From NCBI RefSeq assembly GCF_009914755.1, contig NC_060947.1: a stretch of 64,000 bases of DNA; one strand, given 5' to 3'. Shown here piece by piece: positions 28,893 to 41,750 of the stretch. This stretch comes from the human T2T-CHM13v2.0 reference genome, Homo sapiens. The position numbers and the translations under genes are program-made. Each line of letters opens with the position of its first letter. Position 1 is the first letter of the stretch. The notes beneath the pieces are model-generated. The model had not been told where the DNA came from and did not search any database. It saw nothing but the letters and a program-made list of their open reading frames with translations.

Positions 28893-31800
28893 TTTTTTTT
28901 TTTAAGTTTTCAAATTTAGTAGCCCTTACTACCACTTACATTGCACCCTTCCTTTCTTTTCCCTTCTATTTCCTGTCCTATGCTATTCTTCTTTTAAAAA
29001 AAATGCTGGTCACAACCTACTAAATTATTTTAATAAACAATTACTAAAGAGGATCAACCCATCATTTGAAAAACACTAACAATATTTAACCTGACTTAAA
29101 GAAAGTTACATTTAAAACCAACTTAAATACATTTAAAACATGTATTCTTTTACCTAGAATAATCTTTGTTTTTGAGCCAGTCAGTAATGCAATGCTGATT
29201 TCTTTTTTTCCAAATCCTTATTATTTATTATTTTTTTAATTTTATTTTTCCATAAGTTATTGAGGTACAGGTGGTATTTGGTTACATGAGTAAGTTCTTT
29301 AGTGGAGATTTGTGAGAACCTGGTGCACTTATCACCCGAGCAGTACACACTGCACCATATTTGCAGTCTTTTATTCCTCGCCCCCTTCCACTCTTACCCC
29401 CAAGTCTCCAAAGTCCATTGTATCATTCTTATGCATTTGTGTCCTCATAGCTTAGCTCCCATATATCAGTGAGAACATACGATGTTTGGTTTTCGATTCC
29501 CGAGTTACTTCACTTAGAATAATAGTCTCTAATCTCATCCTGGTCATTGCAAATGCTGTATATGTACATACATATATATCAGAGTTTCTTTATCCACTCG
29601 TTGATTGAAGGGCATTTTGGTTGGTTCCACGATTTTGCTATTGTGAATTGTGCTGCAGTAAACATGTGTATGCAAGTATCTTTTTCAAATAATGACTTCT
29701 TTTCCTCTGGGTAAAGAGGAAAAAAAAAAAAGAAAAAAGAAAACCCAGTAGTGGGTTTGCTGGATCAAATGGTGGTTCTACTTTTAGTTCTTTAAGAAAT
29801 CTCCACACTGTTTTCCATAGTGGCTGTACTAGTTTACATCCTCACCAGCAGTGTAGAAGTGTTCCCTGATCATCGCATCTACGCCAACATCTACTGTTTT
29901 TTGATTCTTTGATTATGGCCATTCTTACAGGAGTAAGGAGGTATTATATTGTGGTTTTGATTTGCATTTTCCTGATTATTAGTGATGTTGAGCATTTTTT
30001 CATGTATTTTTTGGCCATTTGTGTATCTTCTTTTGGGAATTGTCTATTCATGTCCTTAGCCCACTTTTTGATGCGATTGATTGTTTTTTTTCGTACTGAT
30101 TTGTTTGAGTTAGTTGTAGATTCTGGATATTAGTCCTTTGTCAAATGTAAAGATTGTGAAGGTTTTCTCCTATTCTGTGGGTTGTCTGTACACTCTGTTG
30201 ACTGTTCCTTTTGCTGTGCAAAAACTCTTTAGTTTAATTAGGTCCCAGCTATTTATCCTTGTTTTTATTGCAATTGCTTTTGGCTTTTTGGTCATGAACT
30301 CCTTGCCTATGCCAATGTCTAGAGGGTTTTTTTCTGATTTTATCTTCCAGAATTTTTACAGTTTTAGGTCTTAGGTTTAAGTCCTTAATCCATCTTGAGT
30401 GGATTTTTGTGTAAGATGAGAGATGAGGATCCAGTTTCGTTCTCCTACATGTGGCTAGCCAGTTATCCCAGCACCATTTGTTGAAAAGGGTATCCTTTCC
30501 TCACTTTATGTTTTTGTTTGCTTTGTCGAAGATCAGTTGGCTGTAAGTATTTGGATTTATTTCTGGATTCTCTATTCTGTTCCATTGGTCTATGTGCTTA
30601 TTTTTCTGCCAGTATCATGCCATTTTGGTGACTATGGCCTTATAGTATAGTTTGAAATCAGGTAGTGTGATGCCTCCAGTTTTGATCTTTTTGCTCGGTC
30701 TTGCTTTGGCTATCCAAGTTCTTTTTTGGTTCCACATGAATTTTACAATTGTTTTTTCTAACTCTGTGAAGAATGATGGTGGTATTTTGATGAGGATTGC
30801 ATTGAATTTGCAGATTGCTTTTGGCTGTATGGTCATTTTCACAATATTGATTCTACCCATCCATAAGCATGGATATGTTTCCATTTGTTTGTGTCATCTA
30901 TGATTTCTGGTAGCAGTGTTTTGTAGTTTTCCCTGTAGAGGTCTTTTGACTCCTTTGTGAGGTATATTCCTAAGTATTTTTTTTTTTTTTTGCAGCTATT
31001 GTGAAAGGGGTTGAGTTATTGATTTGATTTTCTGCTTGGTCATTGTTGGTATATAGAAGAGCTACTGATCTGTGTACGTTAATCTTGTATCCAGAAACTT
31101 TGCTGAATTTTTTTGTCAGTTCTAGAAGCTTTCTGGAGGAGTCCTTAGGGTTTTCAAGGTAAACAATCATATTGTCAGCAAAGAGGGTCAGTTTGACTTC
31201 CTTTTTACTGATTTGGATGCCCTTTATCTTTTTCTCTTGTCTGATTTCTCTGGGTAAGACTTCCAGTACTATGTTGGAGTGGTGAGAATGGCATCCTTGT
31301 CATGTTCCCGTTCTCAGGGGGAATGCTTTCAACTTGTTCCCATTCAGTATTATGTTGGCTGTGGGTTTGTCTTAGATAGCTTTTATTACATTAAGGTATG
31401 TCCCTTGTATGCTGATTTTGCTGAGGGTTTTTTTCAGAAAGGGATGCTGGATTTTGTCGAATGCTTTTTCTGCATCCTTCAAGATGATCACGTGATTTTT
31501 GTTTTTAATTCTGTTTATGTGGTGAATCACATTTATTGGCTTGCATATGTTAAACCATCCCTGCATCCCTGGGATGAAACTCACTTGATCATGGTGGTTG
31601 GTTTTTGATATGTTGTGGTTGATATGTTTTTTGATATGTTGTTGGATTCGGTTAGCTAGTATTTTGTTAAGGATTTTGGCATCTATGTTCATCAAGGATA
31701 TTGGTCTGTAGTTTCCTTCTTTAGTTGTGTCCTTTCCTGCTTTTGGTATTAGGGTGATGCTGGCTTCGTAGAATGAATTAGGGAGGGTTCCTTCTTTCTC

Positions 31801-33315
31801 TCTCTTGTGGAATAGTGTCAAAAGGATTAGTACCAATTTTTCTTTGAATGTCTGGTAGAATTCTGCTGTGAACCTGTCTGGTCCTGGACTTTTTTTGTTG
31901 GTAATTTTTAAATTACCATTTCAACCTCACTGCTTCTTATTGGTCTGTTCGGGGTATGTAATTCTTCCTGATTTGAGCTAGGAGGGTTGTTTTTTCCAGG
32001 AATTTATCCACCTCTTCTAGGTTTTCCAGTTTATGTGCATAAAGGTGTTCATAGTAGCCTTGAATGATCTTTTGTATTTCAGTGTTGTCAGTTGTAATAT
32101 CTCCTATTTCATTTCTCAGTGAGGTTATTTAAATTTTCTCTCTTTTTTCCTTAGGTTAATCTTGCAAATGATATATCAATCTTATTTATCTTTTCAAAGA
32201 ACCAGCTTCTTGTTTCATTTATCTTTTGTACTTTTAAAAATTTCAATTTGTTTAGTTCTGCTCTGATCTTGGTTATTCCCTTTCTTTTGCTAGGTTTGGG
32301 TTTGGTTTGTTCTTGTTTCTCCAGTTCTTTGAGGCATGACCTTAGATTGTCTGTTTGTCCTGTTTCAGACTTTTTGATGTAGGCGTTAGGGCTATGAACT
32401 TTCCTCTTAGCACTGCCTTAGCTGTATCCCAGAGGTTTTCATAGGTTGTGTCATTATTGTCATTCAAACTGAGGGTTCTTAGCTTTGGTGGTTTAATGCT
32501 CTATTTTTGTGCTGGTTTACCACCTGCCAGGAGGTGGCACTTTCCAAAAAGCATCAGCTGTAGTAGTGTGGAGAGGGACTGTCAGTGGGCAGAGCCCTAG
32601 AGTTCCCAAGATTATATGTCCTTTGTCTTCGGCTACCAGAGTGGGTAGGGAAGGACCATTAGGTAGGGGCGGGGCTAGGTGTGTCTGGACTCAGACTCTC
32701 TTTGGGCAGGTCTTGCTGTGGCTGCTGTGGGGGGTGGGGGTGAGATTCCCAGGTCACTGGAGTTGTGTACCTAGGAGGATTATGGCTGCCTCTGCTGAGT
32801 CATGCAGGTTGTCAGGGAAGTGGAGAAAATCCACCGAAGGCCTGGTCTCACTCCCACCGTGCCACCTGCAACAACCCCAAGTCTGTTTCCAGGTGGAGGG
32901 CAGGCTTAAAAACTTGCCCGAGGCTTTCTGCCACCCAGCTGTGAGAGAAAAGGGCTTTAGTTCTTCCCCTGCCTGTGAAGTCTGCAAGCTGGATTCACAC
33001 CCTCCCCTGAGTTCTGACCAAGAGGCTTTTCATCCCGCTCAAATTGTTACAAAGTTCAGCTAGGGAAGTCCTTCTCCCCTGTGGGGTTTTACCCCTTGTC
33101 CTCTGGCCTCCCTCCTGATGGATCCCTGTGGTGCCAGGCAGGAATGGGTTGCCTGGGGGGTTGGTGAGCTCCCAGGGCCTCCCTGCTGCCTTCTCCACCC
33201 CTGTATTTCGCTCAGCTTGGCTCTCTAACTTGACTCAGCTCCAGGTAAAGTTGGAACATCTCCTGCAAACAGACTTTCAGCTTCTCCAGTGGGGGTGTGT
33301 GTTTGGGAAAGGAGC
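28893..33315 (-). mobile_element. L1PB (L1PB1-like 3' end, L1PBa-like 5' region) with an internal deletion and a probable ~300-bp 3' transduction
   Basis: L1PB 3' end from ~29225. Antisense ORF2 peptides (31372-31836 [13 protein letters not shown]...[25 protein letters not shown]). GC-rich 5'UTR-type sequence at 32471-33315. Perfect 19-bp TSD aaaatgctgatagattctt at 28874-28892 and 33316-33334. Confidence 0.9.
28995..29080. mobile_element. hAT-Charlie-type MITE terminus, lying inside the putative transduced segment
   Basis: aaatgctggtcacaacctactaaatt...tttgaaaaacact resembles a Charlie-family terminal sequence. Confidence 0.5.
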
Positions 33316-33455
33316 AAAATGCTGATAGATTCTTGAGGGTAGGCCTAGATGGTGTGCCATTGTACACAAGCAACCCTGGGCATGTTGACTCTAGATGACC
33401 AGTAGAGAGCAGGCCAATTGGGAAAAATCAAGTTGACGATCTTGAAAAGATAACA

Positions 33456-34630
33456 TATACACAAATCAACTGAAGATGGAATAAAGACTTAAATGTAAAA
33501 CCCAAAACTGTAAAAACCCTGGAAGACAACCTAAGCAATACCATTCTGGATATAGAAACTGGCAAAGATTTCATGACAAAGACACCAAAAGCAATTGCAA
33601 CAAAAGCAAAAATTGACAAATGGAATTTAATTAAAAAACTTCTGCACAGCAAAAGAAACCATCAACAAAGTAAACAGACAACTTATAGAATGGGAGAAAA
33701 TATTCATGTACTATGCATCTGACAAAGGTCTAGTATCCAGCATCTATAAGAAACTTAAATTTACAAGAGAAAAACAAACAACTGCATTAAAAAGAGGGCA
33801 AAGGACATGAATGAACACTTTACCAAAGAAGACATACGTCAGCCAACAAGCGTATGAAAAAAAGCTAAATATCAATAATTATTAGAGAAATGCAAACCGT
33901 AACAAGATACCATCTCACACCAGTCAGAATGGCTACTTAAAAAGTAAACAAACAAACAAACAGATACTGGCAAGGTTGAGGAGAAAAGGGAATGCTTATA
34001 CGCTGTTGGTGGGAATCTAAATGAGTTCAAGTATTGTGGAAAGCAATGTGGTAATTCCTAAGAGAGCTAAAAGTAGAACTATCATTCAACCCAGCAATCT
34101 CATTACTGGATGTATGCCCAAAGGAATATAAATTATTCGATCATAAAGACACATGCACATGTATGTTCATTGCAGAACTTTTTACGATAGCAAGGATATG
34201 GAATCAACCTAAATGTCCATCAGTGGTAGACTGGATAAAGAAAATGTACATATACACCATGGAATGCTATGCAGCCATAAAAAAGAATGAGATCACATCC
34301 TTTCCAGGAACATGAATGGTGCTGGAGGTCATTATCCTTAGCAAACTAATGCAGGAACAGAAAAAGCAAATACTGCTTGTTCTCACTTATAAGTGGGAGC
34401 TAAATGATGAGAACATGTGGACACATAGAGAGGAACGATACACACTGGGTCTATAGGAGGGTGAAGGGTGGAAGGAGGGAGAGGATCAGGAAAAATAACT
34501 AATGGATACTAGGCTTAGTACCTGAGTCATGAAAAATTCTGTACAACAAACCCCATGACACAAGTTTACCTATATAACAAACCTGCACATGTACACCTGA
34601 ACCTAAAATACAAGTTAAAAAAGAAAGAAA
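33456..34630 (+). mobile_element. 5'-truncated older L1PA (about L1PA11-14)
   Basis: ORF2 C-terminal region and 3'UTR with A-tail. TSD gaaaagataaca (33444-33455) / gaaaagatacca (34631-34642). Confidence 0.93.
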
Positions 34631-34913
34631 GAAAAGATACCAAAGACAAGCCTACTTCAATTCATTTGCCTAGTTATTAACACCAACTAGTTGATGTGGT
34701 GAGTTGGAATTTTGAACTATTTTCAGAGTTACCAAGAATGCAACTCTTTTGGACCATCCATTTAAACTGGTTTCCAGGTTGGGACTTGAAATCCCAACTT
34801 ACGGCAAGAGTTAATCTCATCTGCTCTAGGGTGAAAGATAGTAATGAGGATAAACCTAGAGAAATAAAGAAAGTTGTGTCTCTGGGAGAGTTTCAGGTAG
34901 ACTAGAGGGAGAC

Positions 34914-35268
34914 TGTATTAGTCCATTTTCACGCTGCTGATAAAGACATACCCGAGACTGGGAAGAAAAAGAGGTTTAGTTGGACTTACAGTTCCACATG
35001 GTTGGGGAGGCCTCAGAATTGTGGCAGGAGGCAAAAGGCACTTCTTACATGGTGGCAACAAGAGAAAATGAGGAAGATGCAAAAGCAGAAACCCCTGATA
35101 AAACCATCAGATCTCGTGAGACTTATTCACTACCATGAGAACAGTGTGGGGGACACTGCCCCTGTGACTCAAATAATCTCCTACCGTGTCCCTCCCACAA
35201 CACGTGAGAATTATGGGAGTACAATTCAAGATGAGATTTGGGAGGGGACACAGAGCCAAACCATATCA
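34914..35268 (-). mobile_element. THE1 solo LTR (THE1C-like)
   Basis: tgtattagtccattttcacgctgctgataaagacatacc...agccaaaccatatca with TG...CA ends. 5-bp TSD gagac at 34909-34913 and 35269-35273. Confidence 0.95.
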
Positions 35269-35714
35269 GAGACTTTGTAGAGGAAATGCTTTATTGGAAA
35301 ATGGAGGATGAGCAGTTCCTCATTGTAGGTGTTTATGGTTCAGGATAGTAGATAAACATCTCTCTGCATTTATCTTTCACTTTGTAATGTACTTTTCACA
35401 GAGATAAACTAAGGAGACATTGCACTTTGAATGAAGAGGATTTAAAAACATGGCACACATTGCCCCCTTTGAAACCCTTGGACAGTGACATGTGCATATG
35501 GAATGAGTGGTGACCACATCAAGAAGGCTAAATATAATTTGATGTATTTTGAGAAGCTTCAAGCTGATCTACAACAATTGGTATTCTTTCTATAATTTCA
35601 GCTAACATTACTTTATGATATGAACTCTGCATACAAATTAATCTGAAATACTCAATATTCTCTAAACACATACTACTCTCTACCAAAATATTACACTGGT
35701 CACCCCCAACCCCA

Positions 35715-36525
<811 letters not shown>

Positions 36526-36829
36526 GAGGCTGGGCTTTCATAATAAAGTTTTAAATCTTTGGTTTACCTTGATGTCTTGTCTAGTATTCCACCATTTTCT
36601 GTCATCAGCCCACGCTGAAACTATACTGACCTCCATGTACAGCTATACAGTACTTCTTGCTATTTCACGTCTTTACACATGCGTTTCCCCGCTTACCTTC
36701 CATCTTCACCTAGGTCATGCATTCATATTTTTCAGAAATAGCACATTTGCTGGGATGTTGCTGCTCAGTCATAATTAGATGACCTCCTTCTCTGCTAACT
36801 TTGGAGCTAATACAAAATGTTCCATTGGC

Positions 36830-37436
<607 letters not shown>

Positions 37437-37469
37437 ACAACACTTTCCATATTTCTATACAGCACCTAT

Positions 37470-37635
37470 TAAGCTGTTTGATAATGGTTTTGCTTGTTTG
37501 ACTTTCCCACTGGATTTAAGCACCAGGACAAGAACTATGTCTTATTTGTGTTTGTATCCTCAAACAGCAACGTCTTGTACATTGTGGACACATAAGTGCT
37601 TATTGAATGAATACATGAATAAAGAAGTGAATAAA
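37470..37635 (+). mobile_element. L2 3' end
   Basis: cccactggatttaagcacc...tgtatcctca...aagtgcttattgaatgaatacatgaat. Confidence 0.65.
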
Positions 37636-37696
37636 ATAACTCTGAAGCTGAAAACAAAATTGTTAACACAAGCCCATACGTTATATATTTAATATA

Positions 37697-38766
37697 CAGT
37701 CATGCATCATTTATTGATGGGGATACATTCTAAGAAATGCATAATTCGGCAATTTTGTCATTGTGCTAGGGTTATACAGTACACTTACACAAATTTCAAT
37801 GAAATAGCCTATGACACACCTAGGCTATATTTTACAGCCTATTCCTTTTAAGCTATAAACCTGTACAGCATGTTACTGTACTGAATACTGTAGACAATTG
37901 CAACACTATGCTATTTGTGAATTTGAACACACCTAAACATAGAAAAGGTACAGTAAAAATATGGCATAAAAGATAGAAAATGGCACATGTATATAGGGCA
38001 CCATGAACAATATGTGGACTGCAGGTCACACTGGGTAAGTTGGTGAAGGAGTGGTGAGTGAATGTGAAGTCCTAAGACATTACTGTAGACTTTACAAACA
38101 CTACATTTAGACTACACCAATTTTACTTTAAAGAGTTTATTTCTTGAATAATAAATTAACCTTAGCTTATTGTAATTTTTTACTTTACGAACTTCTATAT
38201 TTTTAAAAAACTGTTTTACCCTTTTGTAATAACACAGCTTAATACAGAACCACATTGTACAATTGTACAAAAATATTTTCTTTCTTTATATATTTATTCT
38301 ATAAGCTTTTTCCTATTAATTTTTTAAAACAGTTTAAACTTTCTTGTTAAAAGTTAAGACACAAAAATAAACATGAGCCTAGGCCTACACAGGGTTGGGA
38401 TCATAAATGTCACTGTCTTGCACTGAAAGTTCTTCTGGCGCAATAACACACATAGGGCTGCCATCTCCTGTAATAACAATACCTTCTTCTGTAATACTTC
38501 TTGAAAGATCTGCCTAGGGCTGTTTTACATTAACTTTTTTTTAATAAGTAGAAGGAGTACACTCTAAAATAATGATAAAAAGTACAGTATAATACATACA
38601 TGAACCAGTAACATAGTCCTTTATTTTATCAAGTACCATGTACTGTAAATAATTGTATGTGTTATACTTTTTATAGGACTGTCAGCACAGTAGGTTTTTT
38701 TACACCAGCATCACCACAAACACGTGAGTAATGTATTAAATCATGACACATCGACAGCTATGACAT
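37697..38766. mobile_element. Tigger3/MER7-family DNA transposon
   Basis: Starts (TA)cagtcatgc...ggggatacattctaagaaatgc. Internal ctaggctat, aacctgtacagcatgttactgtactgaatactgtag, acaccagcatcaccacaaacacgtgagtaatg. Confidence 0.88.
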
Positions 38767-39346
38767 TGTTATGGGATCCCTGGGGTGTGCTTTGTCATCC
38801 AGAAACCTCTGTGTCTGGTGGCGCCTCTGCCCGAGTTTTTACTTGAGCCCACTGTTCTTGTTCCACCCATTTGGCCTGGCAGGCTGTGCTGGGCTTGTGC
38901 TACTGGCCCGAATCTCACACATGGCAAGGGAAGCCAGCTGTGGAGCGGCAAGGGGTGTGTGAGTGAGTGAGCATGGGGTCTGGCCACTGCACATGGCTGG
39001 GCATGATGGCTGCGGTGGGGTGGGTAGCTCCAGGCACTGGCATGGACACTGGCTCCCTGTGAGGCTGTGGCTGAACCAGGCCTAACCACAAGCAGCTTTC
39101 ATGGCTGACACCAAGGAATGCAGTGGTGACTGCAAGCTTGGAGATGTCAGGAATGACAGAGCCCCAAAGAGACTGTCACAGCCATGGCTCAAGGAGCTCC
39201 TAGGTCTGGGCTCCCCGAAGTGCCACAGCTCTTCTCTCCTTCTTATCTCGCTCAATGTGGTGAGCAAGGGGCATGTTTCAGCCCTGTTTGTGTTAAAGCT
39301 CTTTCAACCCTGCCATTCAGCAGGTCCCAAGTTCTTGTCCCATGCC
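38767..39346. mobile_element. ERV1 LTR, MER52-like, partial
   Basis: GC-rich block starting tgttatgggatccctggggtgt...gaaacctctgtg...gagcggcaaggggtgtgtgagtgag. It truncates the Tigger element. Confidence 0.75.
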
Positions 39347-40479
39347 GAGTTATATTTTATTTGACAGATTTTAGCAGGGTCATATTCACAATAATAAATA
39401 TTTCACAGTTCTAATGATTTAACCCTAATCACTCTTTTTACCTCATTGAACTCATTTTGTGTATCTTTTAGATGCTATTTGGCAGGATCCCTTTTCTAAA
39501 TGCCATCAGATTTCTCCTAATGATATGGGAAGCATTCAGAATATGTTTCTGGCAATCCAGGGTGATATTTTAAATAGTGGCATTGTTCTTGATTTTGTTT
39601 TGTGCTAACCAACTTTTATATATAGCTTTGTCTTTATTGGAAGGCCTTCAAATATTTTCATAGCACTAGACACATGTGATACATTCTTACAAGGAGCTAA
39701 TGAAGTCCTTTGTAGCAAAGAATAAAAGGCCAAACTGGTAGTTTTTCATAGTTATAAAACCTACTCTTAAACTTTGAAAATGATATATATGTCAATAAAA
39801 ATATTTATAATGTTCCAGCATAAGTCATTGCCCATTTATTCAACTGCTTCAACAGTACTGCATTCAAATAATGAAAACTCAACATTCAAATGGTGTTTAA
39901 TAAAATTGCTCTCTGCCTCTCTCTGATTGTTATCTTGGATGAAAAAGCAATTCAGATATAATAATAGCTTGCATCATATAATGAATGTGTGTCCCTACCA
40001 GTACATAATGAAAGAACATGAAATTAATACAAATAAAAGCTTTATTTTTTTGATATCAGTTGTATGCTTTCTTTTTGTGTTCAGTTGATTAGTGGGATAA
40101 CTAAATTTTATATTAAAATTCAATAAAATGTTTTTTATTTAAAAATATCAATATTGTTCTTAAACAAGCAAATGTAAATCATGATAAGATAATTCAGCTA
40201 CAACAGGATGGCATTAGTGTGTTGTATATTTATGAGGATTAATGGGGTGACTGCTAAAAGTGAGAAGCACTAGAAACTCAAAAAAGTAAAGAATTTGCAT
40301 TTTTGTAGCCAGTGAACCACTTCTCTGCTAACAGAGAAAGCAGTAAGGTGACAATCCCAAATTTTATTCATTATAGCTTATATTAGTTGATGTAGTATTA
40401 TTTTAGTATTATTTGCTTTGATGGGATAAAGCATTCATAGTTTTTGGTTTGAGCTTTGAAGTAACTGATTTAGATTGTT

Positions 40480-41160
40480 AATTTTTTATTGAACTATAAA
40501 GATGAGTGCAGAAATTATAAGTATACAACTTCGCTGATTTTTTTGTGAGGGAAATACACCTGTGCCTGTGTAGCCAGCAACTAGGTCAACATTATTAGCA
40601 TGCAGAAGCCCCCCTTTTTACCCCATTTTAGATACTACCACCTGCCAAGGGACAATATGTATCTAACATTTATGTATTTGTTTGCCTATTACTGACCTAT
40701 ATCTAAATAGAATCACAGAATATGTAGTCTTTTGCATCTGGCTTCTTTTATTCATCAGTATGTCTGTAAGATTCATCCTCGTTTTTACATGTAGCAGTAG
40801 TTCATTCTTTTTATTGCTGCATAGTATGCCATTGTATGAATATAACAAAGTTCACTTACTCTTTCTGCTGTTGATGGACTTTGGGTTGTCTCTAATTTAG
40901 GTTATTTTAAATGATGCCTCTGTGAGCAGTCATGTGTGTGCCTTTGTATCTTTTGGTACACATATGCACTAATTCTTGTTGACTATAGCATTGCTGTATC
41001 ATAGACTTAGTCTTGTTTTAAGCTTTAGTAGATGATGCCATATAGCTTTAGACTTCCATCAGCAAGCAGAGTATGAGAGTTCCAGTTTCTCCACATTGTC
41101 ATTAACACTTGGTGTTATATATCTTTTTCATTTTAGCCATTCCCCTGGGTGTGTAATGAA
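40480..41160 (-). mobile_element. Old L1M (L1ME/MD-type) 3' fragment
   Basis: gaatatgtagtcttttgcatctggcttcttttattc...gttgatggactttggg...gtatgagagttccagtttctccacat. Confidence 0.75.
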
Positions 41161-41706
41161 GTTTGTTAGAATTATTAGATCAGGAAAATATGTGTCTGCA
41201 TGGAGGATTTTAAATAATGAAAATTCTGTTCAGTGAACATGTGTAGGTGATAGCCCAATAGTGAGTGTAGAGGCCTCTGGCTGGGAAGAACAAGTGTCCT
41301 TCTTGTGTTACAATTTCTCTGTGGCTTAATGTCATTCACTTCATCTCAACATTTTTATCTCACCAATTATAACCAAAAGCAAGCAACTTCCAAAACTGAT
41401 TCTACTTAAACTGTCATTTGAAGCCAGTCTTGGAAGGTAGAGTGAGTCCTGGAACAGAAATCTTTATAGTAGTTTTGAAAGATTAACCTGGTTAAGCTCA
41501 ATTTAGAATTGTAAACATACGCTCATCACACCAGAGAGTTTTGTTGTTTTGGGTGGATCAGCAAGTAGAATCTGGATTTTGAAAGCCTAAGAAACGTTTT
41601 GGAATGTTAAAGTTGGCTATCCTCAAACTCAAATTATTTGAGTTAAAGTTATTTTGCAATTGAATGCAAGAAGAAAGTATATTCATCACCATGGTGGTTG
41701 TATCAG

Positions 41707-41707
<1 letters not shown>

Positions 41708-41749
<42 letters not shown>
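41708..41749. repeat. (TTA)n microsatellite, about 14 units, derived from an Alu tail
   Basis: Direct read; abuts the minus-strand Alu. Confidence 0.95.

Positions 41750-41750
<1 letters not shown>

Noticed and set aside
28547-29023. 158-aa hydrophobic ORF
   Set aside because: The composition reflects T-rich DNA, the ORF runs across the TSD/poly-T junction of the L1 insertion, and I recognise no protein family.
32509-33325. 184-aa and overlapping ORFs in a GC-rich block
   Set aside because: They lie in L1PB 5'UTR-type sequence, where GC-rich repeat DNA has few stop codons.
38767-39346. GC-rich island as a possible promoter or CpG island
   Set aside because: CpG-depleted and explained by an ERV1 LTR.
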